From Candidatus Nanosyncoccus sp. (lineage in GTDB: Bacteria > Patescibacteriota > Saccharimonadia > Saccharimonadales > Saccharimonadaceae): 64,000 bases of DNA. Positions 56,863 to 64,000 of this stretch are shown piece after piece. The stretch spans positions 312-64,311 of the forward strand of contig JAZUND010000019.1 of assembly GCA_045603965.1 (NCBI GenBank), written 5' to 3'. The notes under the pieces were generated by a model. It saw only the letters and a program-made list of their open reading frames with translations. It ran no database searches and was not told where the DNA came from. Each line of letters starts with the position of its first letter. Position 1 is the first letter of the stretch. The position numbers and the translations under genes were made by a program.

Positions 56863-57630
56863 ATGAAAATTATCTTCCCCGAAATGTCCAATAACTCGAT
56901 TGTCCAGGAAGCTATCAAGCACTTCCCTGACATCGAGTTTTTTGGTGCCGATAATCTAGTTACAGCTACCGCTATATTAAAACAAGGTCAAGCCGACTCT
57001 CTCATTTCCGGCATCGACTTCCCTTCTCGCGATGTCGTTCTCGCCGTCAAAAATCAAATTCCGCTAAAGTCCAAATACTTTTCAAGTTGTTTCATTTGCG
57101 AGCGTGTTGAATCGAACGGCAAAACCACCCATCTCGCCATCGCTGACGGCGGCATCAACAAGCAACCCGACGCCGACAAACTCTACACCATCGTCGAAGA
57201 CACCGCACACACCTTTGAAGACTTCTATCACGAGCAGCCCAAAATCGCTATGCTTTCCTATTCCACTTACGGTTCTGGCGGTAAGAATCCCGACCTTGAA
57301 AAAATCTACGCCGTCATCGACCAAATCAAACAAAATCACCCAGATTGGCTCATCGATGGCGAGATGCAACTAGACGCCGCCGTCAGCCCAGCGGTAGCCA
57401 TCAAAAAGACACCAGGCGGCCCACTAAAAGGTCAAGCCAACATCCTCATCATTCCCGACTTAAATTCTGGCAACATTTTCTATAAATCCCTAGAGCGTTT
57501 CGGCGGCTTCACTATCGCCGGTCCCATTATTCAAGGTTTCACCATTCCTCTCGCCGACCTCTCCCGTGGTAGCACCGTGGAAGATATCATTTTAACTATT
57601 AAAGTAATCAGGAGTCAACTTATCAAATGA
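56863..57630 (+). CDS. pta: Phosphate acetyl/butyryltransferase family protein (short form)
   Basis: PKIAMLSYSTYGSG, DGEMQLDAA, GQANILIIPDLNSGNIFYK, GPIIQG, ADLSRG. Confidence 0.85.
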   Translation: MKIIFPEMSNNSIVQEAIKHFPDIEFFGADNLVTATAILKQGQADSLISGIDFPSRDVVLAVKNQIPLKSKYFSSCFICERVESNGKTTHLAIADGGINKQPDADKLYTIVEDTAHTFEDFYHEQPKIAMLSYSTYGSGGKNPDLEKIYAVIDQIKQNHPDWLIDGEMQLDAAVSPAVAIKKTPGGPLKGQANILIIPDLNSGNIFYKSLERFGGFTIAGPIIQGFTIPLADLSRGSTVEDIILTIKVIRSQLIK

Positions 57631-58943
57631 AATACTTCGGCACTGACGGCATCCGTGGCGATGCCTCCAAATTCACCACCGAATTTCTTACCAAAATCGT
57701 AAAAGGCCTTATCAACTACGCTGGCGACGAAATCAAAGTCTTAATCGGCGGTGACACCCGCGAATCTACTGAGTGGATTCTCTCCGATCTTGAATCAATT
57801 TTAGACACATTTGGTATTGAATATGGCAATGTAGGCGTTCTTCCTACTCCCGCTATCAATTATTGCTTCTATCAAATGGGCTTTGATTTCGCCATTGACG
57901 TCACCGCTAGCCACAATCCATATCATGACAACGGCATCAAAATCTTTGAGCGTGGTACCACTAGTGGTCAAAAACTAAATAAAGAGGCTTGCGAAATCAT
58001 CGAAAACGCTATTGATTCGGAACAAGACTACGCGCTTTCATCTCCCACCCTCCGCGAAGATTTACATAACGACGCTGTTGCACTTTATAAAGATCACCTC
58101 TTAAATTATCTCGGCACCGCCGATTTTAAAGGCCTTCATATCGCTATTGATTGCGCCAATGGCGCTACTAGCACTATCGGAGACCAGCTCTTCGCTTCCT
58201 TGGGTACCATAGTAGAACTTCTCAGTGCCGATGCCCACTATGGCCAATCCATCAACAATAATTGCGGCTCCACTCATCTAAACCAACTAAAATCCACCGT
58301 CACAAATAACCACCTAGATTTTGGTATTGCCTATGATGGCGACGGCGACCGTTGTCTCATGATTGACGCTGACGGCAACGAAGTAGATGGTGACGAAATC
58401 ATCGCTATTCTCGCTCATCATTTGCAACTAGACAGTATTGCTGTCACCGTTATGACGAATCAGGGTCTGCTCAACTGGGCCAAAGACAACCACATCCACG
58501 CCGAAATTACTGCCGTTGGCGATTCTAATGTTGCCGAAGCCATGCGCACCCACCATATCAAAATCGGTGGCGAACAATCTGGCCATATCATTCTTCCAGG
58601 CGAAGCTACTGGCGATGGCATTCTTACTTCGCTCATGGTTGCCAAAGCTATCACCGAGTCACACGCTTCTTTACATGACCTCGCACATATTATCACCAAA
58701 TTCCCCCAAGTAATGCTCGGTCTCTCCGCCACTGACGACCAGAAAGCCACCCTCAAATCTTCCGATGGCGTCAAAAAGCTTTTACTGGATTACGATAAAA
58801 AACTCACTGAATATAACGGTCGCTTGCTCGTCCGCCCTTCCGGCACCGAACCTCTCATCCGCATCACTATGTGGGGCAATAATCAAGATGCCATCACCGC
58901 TCTCGCCCACGAACTCACTGCCTCTCTTTCCGAAATACTTTAA
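57627..58943 (+). CDS. glmM: Phosphoglucosamine mutase / alpha-D-phosphohexomutase
   Basis: KYFGTDGIRG, GGDTR, TASHNP, DGDGDR, GGEQSGH, RPSGTEPLIRI. Confidence 0.88.
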   Translation: MKYFGTDGIRGDASKFTTEFLTKIVKGLINYAGDEIKVLIGGDTRESTEWILSDLESILDTFGIEYGNVGVLPTPAINYCFYQMGFDFAIDVTASHNPYHDNGIKIFERGTTSGQKLNKEACEIIENAIDSEQDYALSSPTLREDLHNDAVALYKDHLLNYLGTADFKGLHIAIDCANGATSTIGDQLFASLGTIVELLSADAHYGQSINNNCGSTHLNQLKSTVTNNHLDFGIAYDGDGDRCLMIDADGNEVDGDEIIAILAHHLQLDSIAVTVMTNQGLLNWAKDNHIHAEITAVGDSNVAEAMRTHHIKIGGEQSGHIILPGEATGDGILTSLMVAKAITESHASLHDLAHIITKFPQVMLGLSATDDQKATLKSSDGVKKLLLDYDKKLTEYNGRLLVRPSGTEPLIRITMWGNNQDAITALAHELTASLSEIL

Positions 58944-60087
58944 ATTTTCGACAAACCCATCTTGCATAAACATATTTCAAAAACGTAGACGCCAATTGTC
59001 CTATGTACACACAAAAACCAGTTGGAATAAGCGCGCATGCTATCCTCACGCCACGTGTCAAAAGTATCATTCCGTTATGTATTATACGATTATCTCTAAT
59101 CTGCATATAACCCAATCTTAAATCGTTCGTTACGCACACTATCATATCCACAAATTGCACCACCAACAATACTGCTAAAATCCAAAGCTCTGGCCTATAA
59201 TACCAATACAATACTATCGTCATAATCAAAGTAGTACCAGCAAAAATCCCAACCAACCCCCAAGCCTCATTTCTAAGCTTCTTATAATTCAATTTTCTTT
59301 CTGTAATATCAACTTTCGCCACCGTTCCCACGGACTCGTTTAGCATATCCCATTGCGCATCCGTTACTAAAGTCTCAAAATTTATCGCATTCAAAAATTC
59401 CTTCCCATACGAAAAGCTATTTGCTAAACCCAACCCATACGAAAATAGCATACCTAAATTGTCTAAAATCTCAAACGATGTATTCTTGACATTATCCCGT
59501 AACCGTAAACTAAATTTTCCCTTTTCATAGTACATACCAAAGAATATCATCACTATCGTTGCATCAGTCAGTAACGTCACGACAATCGCAAAAACATTAT
59601 CGACTACGGCACTAAGCCCAACAATCATCATAAAGTCGACCAGACCATAAATGATATTCATAGTATTCGTTCTTTTAATTTCATTATCATAATATAGTTT
59701 TTGTGAAATCATCTGAATCACCGACGTCAAAAAACACCGGATTATGCAATATATTGAAAAATCATGATATGTTTCCGCCTCCGCTCCCATCCATTCCAAA
59801 TATCCATCAATCATCAAGCAGATCAACGCCGTTATACCGCCAATCACAACCGTTCCTACCACCAAGTTCGTCCCCACCACGTTCTTATCCCTTATTTTAC
59901 GAGCCGTAATATTTGCCCCTACAGCAAAAACTAAAATTAATAATACATAAATAAATTGCAATGGATATGTTAAAGAAAAAACGTTAGCAATTTCAGATTT
60001 TACTATTATTCCAAGCAATATCCAAGTCAACAGCGGCAAAGCCGATATTAAAAGCATATTTAAGCTAATCCTCAATAATCTTTTCAT
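58915..60087 (-). CDS. Multi-pass membrane protein (about 10-12 TM; possibly MATE/flippase-like)
   Basis: Hydrophobic pattern with two similar halves; AT-rich. The family assignment is an inference. Confidence 0.6.
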   Translation of the reverse strand: MKRLLRISLNMLLISALPLLTWILLGIIVKSEIANVFSLTYPLQFIYVLLILVFAVGANITARKIRDKNVVGTNLVVGTVVIGGITALICLMIDGYLEWMGAEAETYHDFSIYCIIRCFLTSVIQMISQKLYYDNEIKRTNTMNIIYGLVDFMMIVGLSAVVDNVFAIVVTLLTDATIVMIFFGMYYEKGKFSLRLRDNVKNTSFEILDNLGMLFSYGLGLANSFSYGKEFLNAINFETLVTDAQWDMLNESVGTVAKVDITERKLNYKKLRNEAWGLVGIFAGTTLIMTIVLYWYYRPELWILAVLLVVQFVDMIVCVTNDLRLGYMQIRDNRIIHNGMILLTRGVRIACALIPTGFCVYIGQLASTFLKYVYARWVCRKFKVFRKERQ

Positions 60088-60158
60088 CTCTCGTCTTTTA
60101 CTTTCACCACTTTATTATATCAAAAATGCTATAATATAATAAAAGCAAGGATACACTC

Positions 60159-60602
60159 ATGATAGTTAAACTATTAACCAACTACACCCCCACCACTGCT
60201 CAGAGAGTTTGTGAATTACTCATCCAGCTTTCTCGCAGCGGCAAAGACCGTGGTGAAATACCCAAGTCGTGGTTCGACTGCCTTATCGCTTCCGACTCTC
60301 ACGATATGTTGCTCGCCATTGATGATGACGGCAAAATCCAAGGCATCGCCACTCTCTCCATCATCATGGGGCCTATTGTCCGCAAAATGGCTTACCTAGA
60401 AGATTTCGTCACCGATGAATCTTGTCGCGGCCAAGGCGTCGGCACTCTGCTCTGGGATGCCATGTTAGACTGGGCTAAAGACAAAGGTTGTACCGAACTA
60501 GATTTCACTTCCGGCCACGGTCGCGAAACCGCCTGGAAATTCTATCAAAATAAAGGCGCCGAAATCTACGATACAAATTTCTTCCGCAAAACATTACAAT
60601 AA
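60159..60602 (+). CDS. GNAT family N-acetyltransferase
   Basis: LEDFVTDESCRGQGVGTLL, AWKFYQNKG. Confidence 0.9.
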   Translation: MIVKLLTNYTPTTAQRVCELLIQLSRSGKDRGEIPKSWFDCLIASDSHDMLLAIDDDGKIQGIATLSIIMGPIVRKMAYLEDFVTDESCRGQGVGTLLWDAMLDWAKDKGCTELDFTSGHGRETAWKFYQNKGAEIYDTNFFRKTLQ

Positions 60603-62207
60603 TTATTTTGCCACTGCCGACTTCTTTTGCATTATCGTCCATAAAACGACTGATAGCAAATATATCTGCAACGCATTAACCATCCCGGAAAAGAACACTA
60701 GCGTCACGCCATACGTCACCGCTAATGCCAACAGCATCGGCGCCGCCGCACTCTTTAAAGTTATCCGCACTATCATAACCACAAGTATTAGCGCAAACAC
60801 CGCCCCCACAATACCAAGCTCAAGCAAAACATTTGCGTATTCGTTCTGCACGATTTCCTTCGGCCAGTCCGTAAAGCCTGCATTATACATCGCTTGTCCA
60901 GCCCCGCCAATGCCTACCCCCACCGCAATCGTTTTGGCATTCTGCGACCAAGTTTTAATGGCATTTCGCGTCATCATTTTTCTAATCTCAGTCGATTCTT
61001 CCACATAGCCATCAAATATTGCTTCCGTTCCCGCACTATTTTCAACCGCAACATCGTCTTCATACTTTTCCACAGGTTTTTCCACAACATTATTTTTCGC
61101 TTCATCATTATTTTCAACAACTTTCTCGCCCCTTATATCAATAATCCCAAGCGACAACTGATTCAATACTTTTGCCACCCCATCCACATAGGTATCGTTT
61201 GTCGGCCCCACCTGCGCCATCAGACCTTGCATATTTAGCGCAAAAACAAATGCGACTACTACAATCCCCCACACAATCCCAACCCGCTTCAAAATCAACT
61301 TCATTTTCTTCCGCCCCATCACCATCAGCATTATGCTCATAAACATCATCCCTACCACAAATGCATAAATTGCTCCTCGCGAGAACACCAAAAACAGCGT
61401 CGCGGTTACTATAAAGAAGCAAGGCAGTAAGAAATCAAAACCTAAAAAGCCTGAGCCTGAGGTGTTTTTTACAACAGTCACGGAGCGAGTACGGAACTGT
61501 AATTCCGGCGCAGCTCCGCCTGATCTGTTGTAAAAAACACGACCGCGCGAAGGCTCAAGTTCTGACTTCTTACTTCCTTGTTTCTTCAAGTATAACCACG
61601 CCGCCGCTATCGCTGGCGCAAGGAGCAAATTCCCCATAAACTGTGGCTCTACCGCAAACCCATTCGGATGCGGAAATCCAAAACTTTGCGACGTACACCC
61701 AACACAAAGTAATGAATAATCTCTTGCTACGCCCGCCAAATCCAAAATACATTGGATGATGCACCAAGCACACGCAAATAATGCCGCTCCAAAAAACCAC
61801 CGCCAAAAATTTTTTCGAAATTTTTCTTCAGCAAACCACTTCCCAAATACCACAAGTGTCATCACCGCAATCACTACCAGCCACATCAGCCCTACCGTTA
61901 ATATTCCACGCGTTAGGTTCGCAGTCCACGCAAGGCTCACTGTCGCGAATGTCGGCAGCAACAATAACCACACAAAACATTTCCATCGCCTCAATAATTC
62001 CCGTCCTTTACCGCGCACCATCGCCACCGCAAACGCTATCGCTCCCGTCAAGTCAAATGCCACCAACCACAACAAAGCTACCGACAACTCAAAATTCATC
62101 GTCGTATTTCCACCCAACGAAATCACTGGATGATACGAAAACAAAAGCGCCAATGGCAACACATATAACAGTATCTGCAATATTTTACTTAATTTTTTCA
62201 CCAACAA
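60603..62207 (-). CDS. O-antigen ligase / Wzy-like membrane protein with an in-frame palindromic insertion
   Basis: HPNGFAVEPQFMGNLLL, FSRGA, GVGIGG, QNEYANVLLELGIVG; within the glycosylation cluster. Confidence 0.8.
   Translation of the reverse strand: MLVKKLSKILQILLYVLPLALLFSYHPVISLGGNTTMNFELSVALLWLVAFDLTGAIAFAVAMVRGKGRELLRRWKCFVWLLLLPTFATVSLAWTANLTRGILTVGLMWLVVIAVMTLVVFGKWFAEEKFRKNFWRWFFGAALFACAWCIIQCILDLAGVARDYSLLCVGCTSQSFGFPHPNGFAVEPQFMGNLLLAPAIAAAWLYLKKQGSKKSELEPSRGRVFYNRSGGAAPELQFRTRSVTVVKNTSGSGFLGFDFLLPCFFIVTATLFLVFSRGAIYAFVVGMMFMSIMLMVMGRKKMKLILKRVGIVWGIVVVAFVFALNMQGLMAQVGPTNDTYVDGVAKVLNQLSLGIIDIRGEKVVENNDEAKNNVVEKPVEKYEDDVAVENSAGTEAIFDGYVEESTEIRKMMTRNAIKTWSQNAKTIAVGVGIGGAGQAMYNAGFTDWPKEIVQNEYANVLLELGIVGAVFALILVVMIVRITLKSAAAPMLLALAVTYGVTLVFFSGMVNALQIYLLSVVLWTIMQKKSAVAK
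61452..61557. repeat. Palindromic element inside the O-antigen ligase gene
   Basis: Perfect 16-bp inverted repeat 61462-61477/61525-61540; inner CGGAGC/GCTCCG and CGGAA/TTCCG; outer TGAGCCT/AGGCTCA. Confidence 0.7.
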
Positions 62208-63390
62208 ACTCTACCATTTCTTTATCAAACCGTTTCTTCGCAAATTTCTCCACTGTCTTCGGCAATTTTCCCCTATCAAATTCACACTTCTCAAACTCCA
62301 AAATCGCCGCCGCTAATTCCTTTGCCGTCTGTTTATAAAATAAAATCCCGTTTTTTGCTTCCACGATATAATCCAGTGCGCCACCTTCACCATACGCAAT
62401 CACCGGACACCCCGCCGCAATTGCTTCCACCGGTGCGATTCCAAACGGCTCCAAACTCGGAAACAAATACCCCTTCGCCTGCGACAAATACTTCGCCAAA
62501 TCTTCTTTTTTCATAAGTGGCAAAAATTTAATATACTTAGACCCACCAGCTATCTTCATAAGCTTTTTATGTTCCGGACCTTCGCCAATCACCAAAAGAT
62601 GTCGTTTTGCCATCATACAAGCCTTTACCGCAAGATCCAATCGTTTCCAGTTTACTTGTCTAGAGGTTACTACATACGCTTCATCCACATGGAATCTTTC
62701 CACTGTCATCCGCCGCTTCGGTTTTACATTTTTAAAATCATCCACTTCGACTGGTGGATGAATAATCTCAGCATCCGATCCATAATATTTCTTGATTAAA
62801 TCTTTTGCATACTCACTAATTGTTACAAAATAATCCACCTTCTTCGCCGCCGCTAAATCTTTTTCTCTCAGCGGTTTCACCATTTTCTTAAAACATGCTC
62901 GCACTAGTGGATTCAATGCTCCAAAACCAGGATTCTTCACATAGTCATTATACATTTGCCAATAATACTGCGTTGGCACATGACAATACGAAATATGTAT
63001 TCCCTTCGGTACTCGTACCGCTTTTGCCTCCGCTCCCGTCACCGATATTACCACGTCATATTCCGATAAATCCAACTTTTCAAAATACTTTTGTCTTTTT
63101 GCCCCCAAAAATCTCCTTAAGCATGTTGGATATTTTTGCAAATACCCAGTTCTCACATCAGCATCCAGAAACCAATCAATTCCCTTCGGGTCATATTTTG
63201 AAGTGTAAATCGGCGCCTTCGGAAAAAGCTCATGAATCGCAAGGAGTACCTTTTCCGCTCCACCCACGTTCGTTAGCCAATCGCACACAATCGCCACCTT
63301 CAAATCTTCAAGTTTACGTTTTTCTTTCTTCGTCACGCTTCGCCCATTCAAAATCTCTTCAATCGCTTCCTTTACGGCTTTATCTTTCAT
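62185..63390 (-). CDS. Glycosyltransferase family 4
   Basis: DWLTNVGGAEKV, WKRLDLAV, EPFGIAPVEAIAAGCPVIAYGEGG. Confidence 0.92.
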   Translation of the reverse strand: MKDKAVKEAIEEILNGRSVTKKEKRKLEDLKVAIVCDWLTNVGGAEKVLLAIHELFPKAPIYTSKYDPKGIDWFLDADVRTGYLQKYPTCLRRFLGAKRQKYFEKLDLSEYDVVISVTGAEAKAVRVPKGIHISYCHVPTQYYWQMYNDYVKNPGFGALNPLVRACFKKMVKPLREKDLAAAKKVDYFVTISEYAKDLIKKYYGSDAEIIHPPVEVDDFKNVKPKRRMTVERFHVDEAYVVTSRQVNWKRLDLAVKACMMAKRHLLVIGEGPEHKKLMKIAGGSKYIKFLPLMKKEDLAKYLSQAKGYLFPSLEPFGIAPVEAIAAGCPVIAYGEGGALDYIVEAKNGILFYKQTAKELAAAILEFEKCEFDRGKLPKTVEKFAKKRFDKEMVEFVGEKIK

Positions 63391-64000
63391 TTTGCCCCAT
63401 CCCTTCTTAGCACCGCGGCTATTGTCTTAAAAAATATTTGCACATCTAACAAAATAGACCAATTCATCACATAGTAAATATCCAGCGCTCTACGCTCCGC
63501 AAACGAAATATCTCTCCGTCCGGACACCTGTGCAAATCCAGTTAATCCCGATTTCACTGTCAAAAGAAGCGATCTATCGCCATAGTCTCTTAATTCACCA
63601 GGTAGTAACGCCCTCGGTCCTATCAACGAAATATCGCCCTTTAATATATTAAATAATTGCGGCAATTCATCAATTGAAGTTCTTCTAATGAATCTGCCAA
63701 AACTCGTCACCCTCGGGTCATTCTTTAAGTAATCACCGTTTTTGCGATATTTCTTAATCAGCTCCGGCTTCCCCATTTTAATAAACGCTTCCTCCGGCGT
63801 CATTCCGCTATATTCCCGCTTCATTGACCGAAACTTGTAACACCGAAACTTACGATTATACTGCGTCAATCGCTCGCCTGCATAAATCGCCGGCGCCTTT
63901 ATATCCGACAACTTCAAGATCAACCACGTAAGCATCATCGGAATAGCCGCAACCACAATCGCTACAAGCGCAAACACTATATCAAACGTCCGCTTAACTA
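63387..64000 (-). CDS. Undecaprenyl-phosphate sugar transferase (WcaJ/WbaP family), 5'-truncated by the window edge
   Basis: Frame stays open to the edge (VKRTFDIV); KFRSM, DPRVT, SIDELPQL, GPRA, GLTGFAQVSGR. Confidence 0.92.
   Translation of the reverse strand, partial: VKRTFDIVFALVAIVVAAIPMMLTWLILKLSDIKAPAIYAGERLTQYNRKFRCYKFRSMKREYSGMTPEEAFIKMGKPELIKKYRKNGDYLKNDPRVTSFGRFIRRTSIDELPQLFNILKGDISLIGPRALLPGELRDYGDRSLLLTVKSGLTGFAQVSGRRDISFAERRALDIYYVMNWSILLDVQIFFKTIAAVLRRDGAK

Overview
64 kb of a small-genome bacterial chromosome using code 11, most likely Candidatus Saccharibacteria/Patescibacteria from a host-associated habitat. The lineage is an inference from gene content and architecture: no biosynthetic operons, Fib_succ_major paralogues, PilB/pilin/ComEC, a PfkB-like/class I aldolase fusion and pervasive leaderless genes. 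The + strand is C-rich and G-poor and many core genes lie on the - strand. Housekeeping genes include pnp, rpsO, truB, recA-NUDIX-recX, murB, folD, tpiA, fba, rplY, hrcA-grpE, aspS, ruvB, dnaK, pta, glmM, a surface-glycan cluster and 8 tRNAs. They are interspersed with orphan promoter-ORF-terminator cassettes and surface-protein genes. I found no rRNA, CRISPR array, transposase, integrase or reverse transcriptase. Most notable: (1) a three-copy family of about 145-nt promoter-driven, U-tract-terminated structured RNAs at 7404-7546, 31349-31494 and 41843-41987. They share an identical 22-nt 3' end and a covarying long stem, fold in two mutually exclusive ways, and each sits just upstream of a surface-protein gene. 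(2) Two type I toxin-antitoxin-like loci, each an unannotated 24-29 aa ORF with a convergent short antisense RNA. (3) lepA cut after its G domain by a cassette with its own promoter. (4) GC-rich palindromes inserted in frame in murB and an O-antigen ligase gene. (5) Three tRNAs followed 61-83 nt later by a copy of their own 3' end. (6) Two Fib_succ_major genes whose 3' ends look like possible remote DGR variable regions. All alignments and folds were done by eye.
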